The position numbers and the translations under genes were made by a program. Under the pieces are notes generated by a model. That model was not told the origin of the DNA and ran no database searches. It saw only the letters and a list, made by a program, of their open reading frames with translations. A stretch of DNA of 64,000 nucleotides, taken from positions 3,552,001 through 3,616,000 of the forward strand of contig CBDIID010000003.1 of assembly GCA_965279515.1 (NCBI GenBank). Reading direction: 5' to 3'. Shown here one piece after another: positions 1-8,945 of the stretch; within the stretch, counting starts at the first letter, position 1, and the number at the start of each line of letters is the position of its first letter. The stretch is from Turneriella sp. GTDB taxonomy: Bacteria; Spirochaetota; Leptospiria; Turneriellales; Turneriellaceae.

Positions 1-1
1 T

Positions 2-754
2 CCCGACCTTATCGATTTTGCTAAACGCCAGGGTTGGATTAAAAAAGGCGGGGATTTCAGTTTCCGTAAGGCCTATTCCGACCGTTTTTATACATATTTC
101 TCCGCGTGTAAATTCAGGCAGGCGCTCTCGACAACATTAGGTGGCGCGCTGAATAAAACTCTCACGGCGGAATCGGCGATGCAAATACTGCGCTCGCATG
201 GCGGGACGGATCATACGAATTTCGATCCCGCGCGGTCGGGTATGAAAGCTCTCTGCGTTCACGCGGCGGGTATCCGCACACCGAGCCAGACCACGGGCAG
301 CCTCGTTGCCGAGTTGCGCCGCGGTAAGCCGTCGACCTATTGGTTCACCGGCACCGCCGCTCCGTGTCTTTCGCTCTTTAAACCGTTTTTTATTCCGGGT
401 AAGAATTTCACGGCAGGCGATGTAGAAGAGCCGGGCGCCCAGGCGGATGGTTCGCTGTGGTGGCGCCACGAGCACCTGCATCGGCGGGTTTTGCCCGCGT
501 ATGCAGGGCTCACTGCGGGCTTTTTGAGTGAGCGCGATCGCCTGCAGCAGGATTTTCTAAGCGAAGAGCAGGCATTGATGCGCAAGGGCTCGGCGGCGCT
601 GGATAAATTTTCACAGGCCTGTGTGGCGCGCGGCGATCATCACCTCGCCGAGTCGGCGCAGAAACTTTTGCAGCTTAAGCCAAATAAGAAATTTCATCCG
701 CTCTATGCGCATTATTGGCGGCAGGCCAACAAGAAAGTGAATATAGTGGTCTGA
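2..754 (+). CDS. C69-family peptidase / secernin-like protein, 5' end outside window
   Basis: Frame is open from position 2 (PDLIDFAKRQGW...FSFRKAYSD). Motifs ILRSH, LCVHA, SQTTGSLV and WFTGTAAPCLSLFKPFF are typical of secernin/C69 C-termini. Confidence 0.8.
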   Translation, partial: PDLIDFAKRQGWIKKGGDFSFRKAYSDRFYTYFSACKFRQALSTTLGGALNKTLTAESAMQILRSHGGTDHTNFDPARSGMKALCVHAAGIRTPSQTTGSLVAELRRGKPSTYWFTGTAAPCLSLFKPFFIPGKNFTAGDVEEPGAQADGSLWWRHEHLHRRVLPAYAGLTAGFLSERDRLQQDFLSEEQALMRKGSAALDKFSQACVARGDHHLAESAQKLLQLKPNKKFHPLYAHYWRQANKKVNIVV

Positions 755-772
755 GGCATTCCCGCCGGGGCC

Positions 773-3148
773 TTACCCCCGCTTTTTTTTCGCTGCCTTG
801 CGTTCCGACTTCGCCATGTGGGAAAGACGTGCGGCGATACGAAAATTCAGCGTATCTTTGGGGAAATCCCCGCTCTCGGCATCCTCGACAGTCGGCAGGC
901 CGGTTAAGATCGTCGCTGCCTCATCTACCGTCGTGACCGGAAAAATACGGAATTTACCCGCTGCGCATGCAGCGACGATATCGGGCCGCAACATCAGGTG
1001 CTTAACATTGGCCTCGGGAATCAGCACTCCCTGATTTCCCGTTAAGCCCCTGAGGTTGCACAGATCGAAGAAACCTTCGATTTTTTCATTCACGCCGCCG
1101 ATGGCCTGAACACGCCCATGCTGGTTTACCGATCCGGTGACCGCGAGTTCCTGCGAAATCGCTGCTTCGGCGAGCGCCGAAAGTAACGCGCAGAGTTCGG
1201 CGAGTGAAGCCGAATCGCCCTCTACCGGTCCATAAGACTGCTCGAAGACGAGGCTTGCACCGAAGGTCAGCGGATGCAGCTGCGCATAACGCCAGGCAAG
1301 GTAAGAAGAAAGTATCATGACGCCTTTGGAGTGGATTTTGCCCCCGAGTTCGGATTCACGTTCGATGTCTATCACATTGCCCTTACCATACCAGACATTG
1401 GCGGTGATTCTCATCGGGTATGCGAAGGCATAATCGGGCAGCTGCACGACGGCCAGGCCGTTGATTTGACCGATCTCCGCTCCCGTTGTTGCGATCATCA
1501 TCGTCTCGCGTTCGATTTCCCGGTCCATGATCCGTCGCACACGGCCAGCGCGGCGTATCTGTGCATCGGCTGCAGCATCGATATGCCGTGCTTCTACAAT
1601 TTTACCATCTGCGCGGTGGTCAGCCTCGTTCATGAGGCCTGCGATCAGATGCGTATTGGCGGTGAGTTTTTCCGCGTCGCCGCTGGCACGCGAGGCGAAT
1701 TCGACGAGGCGGGCCACGGCATCACGCGAGAATGCCTTGAGTTTTCCGGTTTCTGCCAGGTGAGCAATGACGCCAGCGTACTTTTTTTCCGCGTCAGTGG
1801 TGCGTATGATGTCGCTTTCAAAATCGGCGGAGATTTTAAACAACTCGTCAAACTCGGGATCCAGTTCTTTCAGCAGGTAATAGATACGCCGCTCACCCAT
1901 CAAGACAACTTTGACGTCGAGTGGCATCGCCTCGGGCTCGAGTGAAACCGTACTCATCAGCCCACCGAGTTGCAGCGGCGATTCGATCTGCAGTTTCCCG
2001 GATTTCAGGGCCCGCTTGAGCCCGTCATAGGAAAAAGGTTGCGCCAGCAATTTCGCGGCTTCGAGCATCAGGTAGCCACCGTTTGCCCGGTGCAGAGAGC
2101 CGCTTTTGATCAGCGTAAAATTCGTCAGTAGCGAGCCGAAATGCGCGATCTGATCGAACCGGCCCAGCAGATTCTGGTAATTCGGGCTGTCTTCGTAGAC
2201 GACCGGCGCCTGGCTGATTTTACTGCGGTCGACGATGACATTGATTTTGTAACGCTGCGTCGCCAGGCCGCCGCGCATTTCATTCGCATCGTCATCGGCA
2301 CCCCTGTTTTCCCGTAAGCCTTCACCGGCTTTGACGATGTCGGCAAGCACCGCGTCCAGAAAGGCGGCAACGTGCGGCAGATCCTGGTATTGCTCTTTAA
2401 TTTCTTCGATCATGTGGCCGACGGCAAGGCTGATAGTTTCCCGTGTCAGTGCGCGTATACGCGTCTGCATCTCGCGGCGCCATTTGGGAAACTGGTGGCT
2501 CAGCTTCTGCAGCTTTCCCAGGAATTCCTGGATTTTTTCCTCAAAGGTTTTCTGTTCTTCGGCTGGCAGTTTCGCGAAATCTTCGGGAGAAAGAACTTCG
2601 TTGTTTTTGGTGGGGACGAAGGCAAATCCCTGCTCATTGCGAATCAGCGCCACGCCCTGGGCGACAGCTTCATCGCCCAGGTTCTGCAATGCCGTTTCGT
2701 GACGGGTTTTGAATTCACCCTGGATCTTCTCGCTCGCCGAACGGTACTCATCAGCTTCCAGAGAGCTCGAAATTGTGCCTGGTAGTTCAGAAATAAATTC
2801 GTCCAGATGGGCTTTGAGTTTTGCGGCGCGACCGGCGGGCAATGTCAGTAACAGCGGATTATTCGGGTTCTCAAAATTATTTACGTAACACCAGTCAGCA
2901 GGAGCAACCTCTGCGCCGGCTTTCGCATTCAGGATTCTTTCGACTGTGGCGTGCCGGTCATTGCCCGATTCGCTCAGCGCGAAAATATTATAGCCCGGTT
3001 TTCTGATGTCGAGACCGAAACCCAGGGCTTCTTCAGCCTGCTCTTGCCCGATGGTCTCGGTTTTTAGTGAGATTTCCGCAGTGGAATCAAAATCGAATTG
3101 TTGCGGATCGCACGCTTTGCGTAACTTTTCGGGGTTGAGGGGGTTCAT
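773..3148 (-). CDS. Lon-like protease (LonC/AAA_32 + Lon_C, peptidase S16)
   Basis: Catalytic Ser motif GDSASLAELCALLSAL and Lys motif GGVNEKIEGFF; GSLHRANGGYL; long coiled-coil insert. Confidence 0.9.
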   Translation of the reverse strand: MNPLNPEKLRKACDPQQFDFDSTAEISLKTETIGQEQAEEALGFGLDIRKPGYNIFALSESGNDRHATVERILNAKAGAEVAPADWCYVNNFENPNNPLLLTLPAGRAAKLKAHLDEFISELPGTISSSLEADEYRSASEKIQGEFKTRHETALQNLGDEAVAQGVALIRNEQGFAFVPTKNNEVLSPEDFAKLPAEEQKTFEEKIQEFLGKLQKLSHQFPKWRREMQTRIRALTRETISLAVGHMIEEIKEQYQDLPHVAAFLDAVLADIVKAGEGLRENRGADDDANEMRGGLATQRYKINVIVDRSKISQAPVVYEDSPNYQNLLGRFDQIAHFGSLLTNFTLIKSGSLHRANGGYLMLEAAKLLAQPFSYDGLKRALKSGKLQIESPLQLGGLMSTVSLEPEAMPLDVKVVLMGERRIYYLLKELDPEFDELFKISADFESDIIRTTDAEKKYAGVIAHLAETGKLKAFSRDAVARLVEFASRASGDAEKLTANTHLIAGLMNEADHRADGKIVEARHIDAAADAQIRRAGRVRRIMDREIERETMMIATTGAEIGQINGLAVVQLPDYAFAYPMRITANVWYGKGNVIDIERESELGGKIHSKGVMILSSYLAWRYAQLHPLTFGASLVFEQSYGPVEGDSASLAELCALLSALAEAAISQELAVTGSVNQHGRVQAIGGVNEKIEGFFDLCNLRGLTGNQGVLIPEANVKHLMLRPDIVAACAAGKFRIFPVTTVDEAATILTGLPTVEDAESGDFPKDTLNFRIAARLSHMAKSERKAAKKKRG

Positions 3149-3194
3149 GATTTTGGAATTCTGCTGGGCTGCATTCCCGTATTGACTTCCCCAC

Positions 3195-3776
3195 TCAAGC
3201 TGGATATCCGGATTGTATTACACTCGCGCCGATATGAAACTCAATCGTCTTTGCGGGATAACCGGCTGAGAATTGCAGGTACTCAAACGAAAAGGATTCG
3301 GGCAGCACAAATGCCAGGTAACCGCGCAGTTTCATGCCTGGGTTGAGGTGGCGTGTCATGCCGAGGTAGATTTTGTCGCCAGCATATAAGTGCCGGTAGT
3401 CATAATCTTTTGCCGGTTCGAAGGTATAACCGTTCTTATCGAAGATTACCCACTGGTCATGCCGGTATTTGAGCGGGCCATCGGTTTTGTTTTCATAGGC
3501 AATCTCGGCATAGAAGATTCTTTCTTTCTCTGTCGTGTGAAACCCGGTATAATTGAGCATGACATCGACGTCGGCAACGCGGAACCAGTGCCGCATCTTC
3601 TCGGTATAAGTCATGATGGGTACGATATGATGGCGATCTGTTTCACTGATGTCTTCAACGTTGCGGTCGAGAAGATAGTGATTACCGCAGTGACCGCATT
3701 CGAATTTTTTCAGGCTACCGCCTACCTCGAGGCGTGCTCCACAGCTCGGGCAAATCAGAGGAAAGAGTGTCAGCAT
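3195..3776 (-). CDS. Zn-ribbon plus DUF4352-like Ig-fold protein
   Basis: N-terminal CPSCG...CGHCG; C-terminal WVIFDKNGYTF...LNPGMKLRGYLAFVLP resembles DUF4352. Confidence 0.6.
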   Translation of the reverse strand: MLTLFPLICPSCGARLEVGGSLKKFECGHCGNHYLLDRNVEDISETDRHHIVPIMTYTEKMRHWFRVADVDVMLNYTGFHTTEKERIFYAEIAYENKTDGPLKYRHDQWVIFDKNGYTFEPAKDYDYRHLYAGDKIYLGMTRHLNPGMKLRGYLAFVLPESFSFEYLQFSAGYPAKTIEFHIGASVIQSGYPA

Positions 3777-4450
3777 TTCTCTCCGTCGACCTCGCAGCTC
3801 GCCCCGCCCAGTGCCGTCTGCGCCTCGTGCAATGCTGAGCTAATCTGCTCAAAGGGCTGCCAGCTACGCGATACAACCATGAACTTATCGCCCTGTTCGA
3901 CAACCAACGACGGAAAGCCGCGGATGCCGAGACTGGCGCTGAACGTGAACTGCCCCCAGGTCTCTTTGTAGCTTTTTTCACTCTCAAAGCTGGCCGCAAA
4001 ATCTGCCGCCGCGATACCATATTTCTCCGAAAACGCGGCGAGTACATCGGGCGAGGTGACATCGGCATTTTCGGCATAGAACCCGCGCTGGATATCGTGG
4101 TAGTAGGCATAGGCGTCGGCAGGAGCCAGCTGCTCCATCACGATAACGGCTTTCGCCGCAGGTTCGGTGTCATAGACAAAGCCTTCGCGTTCAAAGAAAG
4201 TTTCGTTAAAAACCTGGCCCGTCATCTTGGCGACCTCGCGCCAGTGGTGCCGCATGACGCGCGCCACCGCGGGGGTCATAGTTTGCGCGAGCTTGCCCGG
4301 GCGTAATCCCCCCATGACCAGCCGGATGTCGAAACGGTTGCCGTAGGTTTCATGGATTTGCGCCATGACTGGCACGAAACCATAACACCACGAGCACATC
4401 GGGTCGGCGAAATAATAGAGCCGGGGGAGTGTGCTCACCGGAGGTGCCAC
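3770..4450 (-). CDS. DsbA-family (DSBA-like thioredoxin) protein
   Basis: YYFADPMCSWCYGF active site, GGLRPG, cis-Pro motif GIRGFPSL. Confidence 0.9.
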   Translation of the reverse strand: MAPPVSTLPRLYYFADPMCSWCYGFVPVMAQIHETYGNRFDIRLVMGGLRPGKLAQTMTPAVARVMRHHWREVAKMTGQVFNETFFEREGFVYDTEPAAKAVIVMEQLAPADAYAYYHDIQRGFYAENADVTSPDVLAAFSEKYGIAAADFAASFESEKSYKETWGQFTFSASLGIRGFPSLVVEQGDKFMVVSRSWQPFEQISSALHEAQTALGGASCEVDGEKC

Positions 4451-4770
4451 TCACACATTTTATTGGCGAAGGCCGTCGCGCCGCTGCGCTCGACGGGAAA
4501 GGTTTTTTCGCTGCGCGCCTTAATCTTTTCTACACCGTCGATGCTGCAGATACACTTCCAGTTACTCCAGTGGCCGGTCGTGCAACGCAGCGTGCGCGTT
4601 TTGCCATCCGAACACCCCGACCATGCCGCCGTGTCATTCGGGTGTCTGAAGCTCGAGTAACCGGGGCGCTCACCTTCAGTAATGGTAAATTTTTCACAGC
4701 TGGGCTGCCGCGAACAATGGGCAAAAAGCAGCGTCATGGCGATTGGCAGCAAACGGTAAGTTCGGCGCAT
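4435..4770 (-). CDS. Small Cys-rich putative lipoprotein
   Basis: Signal peptide ending LLFAHC, several Cys, and overlap with the start of the downstream gene in the same-strand run. Confidence 0.6.
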   Translation of the reverse strand: MRRTYRLLPIAMTLLFAHCSRQPSCEKFTITEGERPGYSSFRHPNDTAAWSGCSDGKTRTLRCTTGHWSNWKCICSIDGVEKIKARSEKTFPVERSGATAFANKMCEWHLR

Positions 4771-4855
4771 GGGGCAGATTTTTTTATTTGGGGAGCCTGA
4801 AAACGCTGTTCCACAATTGGCGTGACGCAGCAGAGTTAGGATGGATCCCGGTATT

Positions 4856-5542
4856 ATGTCTCATCGTGAGGTCGAGGCGGATCTCTACCCGGTGGCCGAA
4901 AAATTTTTCGCTGCGCAGGGTTATACCGTGAAGGGCGAGGTTTGTGGTTGTGACCTCGTGGCCCTGAAGGGTGACGACATCATCGTCGCCGAGCTCAAGA
5001 TCACCTTCAACATCAAGCTACTCTACCAGGCGGTGCGGCGGCTGATGATCACAGACAAGGTCTATGCAGTTATCTTCAAACCCAGGACGCGGCAGAAAAT
5101 GTCTTACTGGCAGATGATGAAGAGTCTTGCCCGCCGCCTCAACATTGGCCTGCTGGTCGTCGACGGCGATAAAATTCTCACGATTGCAGAGCCCGGTAAG
5201 TTTGCCGGCAAAATTTTGCCGCGGCATAAGAATAAAATTCTGCGCGAATTCAACGGCCGTAAAATTTCCAAAAACACAGGCGGAGTGACGGGTAAAAAGC
5301 TACAAACGGCCTATCTGGAATCGGCAATCCACATCAGCGTGCTGCTCAAAAAACACAAAGAGCTCAAAACCACCGAGCTTGTCGAGATGGGGGCCTCAGA
5401 GAAAGCGTCAAAAATTCTCTACCACAACCACTATGGCTGGTTCCAGAAAACAGGCAGGGGGCAATACCGCCTCAAGGCCGGCGCGTCGCGCACGATTGCG
5501 GCGGAGAACCCTGAGATCTGGGGGTACTATGAAAAACTTTAG
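4856..5542 (+). CDS. DUF2161-family putative PD-(D/E)XK protein
   Basis: EADLYP...GYTVKGEV.GCDLVA...IVAELK...LLYQA..R, and C-terminal NHYGWF...RG.Y.L. Confidence 0.85.
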   Translation: MSHREVEADLYPVAEKFFAAQGYTVKGEVCGCDLVALKGDDIIVAELKITFNIKLLYQAVRRLMITDKVYAVIFKPRTRQKMSYWQMMKSLARRLNIGLLVVDGDKILTIAEPGKFAGKILPRHKNKILREFNGRKISKNTGGVTGKKLQTAYLESAIHISVLLKKHKELKTTELVEMGASEKASKILYHNHYGWFQKTGRGQYRLKAGASRTIAAENPEIWGYYEKL

Positions 5543-6264
5543 TTGGGTTGCGGCCGCACCTTTTCTGATCTGAAGAACAGGTAGACGAACAGCGTCGCCG
5601 TTGCTGAAAGCAGATGCCAGGCCGCATGACCCTGTAACAGGCTTTGGGGCATGCAGAGTTTCAATTCTTTGTCGAGTATCCAGAAAGTGGAGCCGCCGTA
5701 ATAGGCGATAAAACCCAGGATAATGTACAGGTGTTTGACTTTGGTCTTCAACCGGAGCTGCACAAAAATCACGAAAACAACGAAAGCCAGAATGAGTACA
5801 CCGAACAGGATATCATTGACCTGCGGAAGAAAATACATCAGCGCCGAGAAAAATCCGACAAAAGAAAAATACAGTAATATCAACGTCCGTGTCGCCAGCG
5901 GCCTCAGGCGCGAATAGTTGTAGAGGTAGAGAACCGTGGCCAGAAAGTACATACCAATCAGGTCAACCCATTGCCCGATATGCGTGAGCGAAGCGTGAAA
6001 AAACATCGAGCCGAGCCCCGTGAGCGTCAGGCCCAGGGCATAGAGGCGCGAGTAATTAGGGTTGCGTGTGAGCAGGTTCTGATCAGAACGTTTGCGCGAG
6101 AGCCACAGCACAATCGCGGCCACCGCAAACATCGAGAAGTTTGACCAGACATTGGCCGGCTGGCGAATCATGGATTCCCACCGCACCGCTTCGCACCAGC
6201 AGTTGGGCATGCAGTGCGCCGGCTGAAGTGTATTCCAAAACATGGCGTCAGAATCAGCGGTCAA
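5539..6264 (-). CDS. Ceramidase-like (CREST superfamily) membrane hydrolase
   Basis: WCE...N.WSN, GSMFFHASL (SxxxH), D, and GHAAWH (HxxxH) motifs; about 7 hydrophobic segments. Confidence 0.85.
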   Translation of the reverse strand: MTADSDAMFWNTLQPAHCMPNCWCEAVRWESMIRQPANVWSNFSMFAVAAIVLWLSRKRSDQNLLTRNPNYSRLYALGLTLTGLGSMFFHASLTHIGQWVDLIGMYFLATVLYLYNYSRLRPLATRTLILLYFSFVGFFSALMYFLPQVNDILFGVLILAFVVFVIFVQLRLKTKVKHLYIILGFIAYYGGSTFWILDKELKLCMPQSLLQGHAAWHLLSATATLFVYLFFRSEKVRPQPN

Positions 6265-6305
6265 CTTTACGCGTAATGCAGTATTATGAAACCTGATTTA
6301 ACGGC

Positions 6306-7151
6306 ATGAAATCCTTACTGTATTACATGCAGGTGCTAAGCCTCGATATCTGTATCGGGGTGATCGGTTCAGGCGCGTTTGCCAAGACCCTTTTACGAGC
6401 ATCGATGAAACCCGTCTGGTGGTTTCTTTTGCCTGCGAGCGTCTGGGTTATCTACACCGCCGACCATCTCATGGATGCGCGCAAGGTCGGCGAAAGATCG
6501 GTCAATGTGCGGCACAAGTTCCATTTCGATCATTTCAGTTTACTGGCCGTCACGGCTGCGGTAACTGCAGTCACTTGCGTTCTCCTCGCATTTTTGTATC
6601 TGCGCGAAATGGTTTTTGTGGGTGGTTTTGTCATGGGTGGGCTCGCCGTGATGCACATTCTCATCGCCTACTGGGGCAAGGTTCGTTTCGGCAAAGAAAT
6701 CTCCGTTGCAGTGATCTATGCCTGCGGGGTGTGGTTCGCGCCGTTTCTCAATAGCGGTGTCGTGATTTCACCGGTATATGTTATTGCCTTTCTCATTTTT
6801 ATCCTGGGGGCGATCCTCAATCTGTTTATGAATTCGGTGATCGAATTTATCATAGACCATCAGGAAGACCAGGTCTTCGGCATGGGCATTTCAACGCGTA
6901 AGGCGATCCGGCGCGCCGTCATCGGTATTTCGTTCGCAGCCGTAATGGGGATTGTCCTTTTCACGATCTATGGCTTCGTCCGGGGTTTTGATCCCATCGT
7001 ACTTGCCGGCTATGCTTACCTACTCGTTGTCTGTGCAGTGCCGGGGATAATTCTTTTCTATGAAGATTTTTTTGCGAAAGACCAGCGCTACCGGTTACCG
7101 GCCGAACTGGTCTTTGCTGTGGGCGCGGTATTGCTGGTCTTCCGTGCGTGA
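6306..7151 (+). CDS. UbiA-like multi-pass membrane protein
   Basis: VWVIYTADHLMDA Asp-rich motif, KEISVAVIY, many TM segments. Confidence 0.6.
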   Translation: MKSLLYYMQVLSLDICIGVIGSGAFAKTLLRASMKPVWWFLLPASVWVIYTADHLMDARKVGERSVNVRHKFHFDHFSLLAVTAAVTAVTCVLLAFLYLREMVFVGGFVMGGLAVMHILIAYWGKVRFGKEISVAVIYACGVWFAPFLNSGVVISPVYVIAFLIFILGAILNLFMNSVIEFIIDHQEDQVFGMGISTRKAIRRAVIGISFAAVMGIVLFTIYGFVRGFDPIVLAGYAYLLVVCAVPGIILFYEDFFAKDQRYRLPAELVFAVGAVLLVFRA

Positions 7152-7845
7152 AGCGAATCCTGTAGCCAAGCTTACGGGCGCAGGCAGGCGCGCGTCGCGT
7201 ATCCGCTCGGGTTTTAATTTTCTCTCCCCCTGGTATGATCTTGCGGCGACGGTGTTTCTCGGTGGAGCGATTATGCGGACGCAACGGCACTTTCTGCCGC
7301 GGCTCGCTGCGCATGACAGGGTTTTGATTCTCGGCGGGGGAACGGGCCGCATTCTTACCGAGATGCTGAAGCGGGGTATTGGGCGGCAATATGTCTATAT
7401 CGATATCTCTGCGAAAATGGTGGTGGCGGCACGAAAGCGGGTAACGCGGTTGGCAGCGGTCGCCCGGCCGATCGAATTCATCTGCGGTTCCGTCGAGAGT
7501 ATTGCGGGGCGAAAATTCGATCTCATCGTGACTCCCTTCGTGTTGGATTGTTTTCAGGAAGCCGAGCTCGGCTTGGCGATGCGGCAATTGAATGCGGCGC
7601 TGATACCGGGAGGTAAGTGGCTCTTCGCGGACTTCAACGTGCCTGCAGGCCTCATGGGTTTTATTTCGCGCTCCGTGGTGCGGACGCTCTATTTCGCTTT
7701 TAACGTGCTTTGTGGCCTGGGCATAAAGAAGCTTGCTGCATTTGACGGCTATTTTCAGGAAATGGGTCTCTCGCATGCTGCGGAGCGGTTGTTTCTGCGT
7801 GGCCTGCTCGTCGCGCGCATTTATGACAAAATGCCATCAAAATGA
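7144..7845 (+). CDS. Class I SAM-dependent methyltransferase
   Basis: VLILGGGTG motif I, YIDISAKM, FDLIVTPFVLDCF, GGKWLFADF. Start is uncertain (GTG 7144 overlaps the upstream stop). Confidence 0.85.
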   Translation: MREANPVAKLTGAGRRASRIRSGFNFLSPWYDLAATVFLGGAIMRTQRHFLPRLAAHDRVLILGGGTGRILTEMLKRGIGRQYVYIDISAKMVVAARKRVTRLAAVARPIEFICGSVESIAGRKFDLIVTPFVLDCFQEAELGLAMRQLNAALIPGGKWLFADFNVPAGLMGFISRSVVRTLYFAFNVLCGLGIKKLAAFDGYFQEMGLSHAAERLFLRGLLVARIYDKMPSK

Positions 7846-7858
7846 CATTTTTGTCATT
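7841..7858. promoter_or_regulatory. Palindromic operator candidate AATGACA-N4-TGTCATT upstream of the fatty acid desaturase
   Basis: Perfect 7-bp inverted repeat in the short gap before ATG 7896; the same core recurs at 49468-49481. Confidence 0.6.
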
Positions 7859-7895
7859 ATTTGCAACCCAGGTCTGCTAAAAGCATCTAACGGGC

Positions 7896-8945
7896 ATGAC
7901 AACAACCCACGCCGGCGAAAGCGGCTTCCATAGTGGCCTGCGCACTGCGGTTTTCAATTTCCTGAAAAACAATTCCCTGAACCCTGTGGATCAATCCGGC
8001 CTTCTGAAGAAGGCGATCATTAACTATGCCATGTGGTTCACCTGCTATGCAGCGTACCTCTATGTCGGCGCGCACTATGGCTGGTATGCATTGCTCCTGG
8101 TACTGCCGCTCGCATTCTCGATGCAGTGCATTGTGCTCTCGGTCATGCATGACGGCAGCCACGGCGCGTTCAGTAATTCAAAATTTCTCAATAGTGTGGC
8201 AGCCTACAGCCTCGGTTTTGCCGGCGGCAGTAATATGCTCTGGCACCAGCTGCATGTCCGCGCGCACCACGACAATACCAATGTCATTGGGCACGACCAG
8301 GATTTCGAATCGGGCGGTCTGATTCGCCTGCACCCCGCGCAAGACAAGCACGGTGCGCACCGCTTTCAGCATCTCTATGCCTGGTTTCTTTATATGGGCC
8401 ACAGCATCCGCTGGATCTGGTTCGACGATATCAAGGACTATATAACCAAACGCTGGCCGATGACCCCGCAGCAGAGAAAAACTCTTTTGAAAGAATTAAT
8501 TTTCGCAAAGTCCTGGCACATTGTCAGCTACCTTGTGGTGCCGGCGCTCGTGACGGGCAGCTGGCAACTTGCGCTGGTATTTTATCTTATCCATTGGATG
8601 CTCCTCAGCGTGACGCTCATTCTCGTGTTTGCGATGGCGCACCTCACGCATGTGCAAAATATGCCGGCGACGCGCGGCGAGAGCGAACCCGATTGGGCGC
8701 TCCACCAGCTGGCGACGACGGTCGACTTTGCGACGAAGAACCGCGTGCTGTCATGGATTGTGGGGGGGCTCAATTTCCAGATCGAACACCATATTTTTCC
8801 AAAGATCTCGCACACGCGTTACCATCTCATTCAGCCGATCATTAAGGATTTCTGCGAGAAGCACGGTGTGCGTTATTTCGAGTATCCGACCTTCCGCTCT
8901 GTGCTTGCGGGCCATTATCTTCATCTGAAAACGATGGGTGCTTGA
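7896..8945 (+). CDS. Acyl-CoA / membrane fatty acid desaturase
   Basis: His boxes HDGSH, HVRAHH and QIEHH. Confidence 0.92.
   Translation: MTTTHAGESGFHSGLRTAVFNFLKNNSLNPVDQSGLLKKAIINYAMWFTCYAAYLYVGAHYGWYALLLVLPLAFSMQCIVLSVMHDGSHGAFSNSKFLNSVAAYSLGFAGGSNMLWHQLHVRAHHDNTNVIGHDQDFESGGLIRLHPAQDKHGAHRFQHLYAWFLYMGHSIRWIWFDDIKDYITKRWPMTPQQRKTLLKELIFAKSWHIVSYLVVPALVTGSWQLALVFYLIHWMLLSVTLILVFAMAHLTHVQNMPATRGESEPDWALHQLATTVDFATKNRVLSWIVGGLNFQIEHHIFPKISHTRYHLIQPIIKDFCEKHGVRYFEYPTFRSVLAGHYLHLKTMGA

Noticed and set aside
766..790. Intrinsic terminator (short GC stem plus T-run)
   Set aside because: The stem is short and the T-run is explained by Lys codons of the convergent protease gene; not supportable alone.
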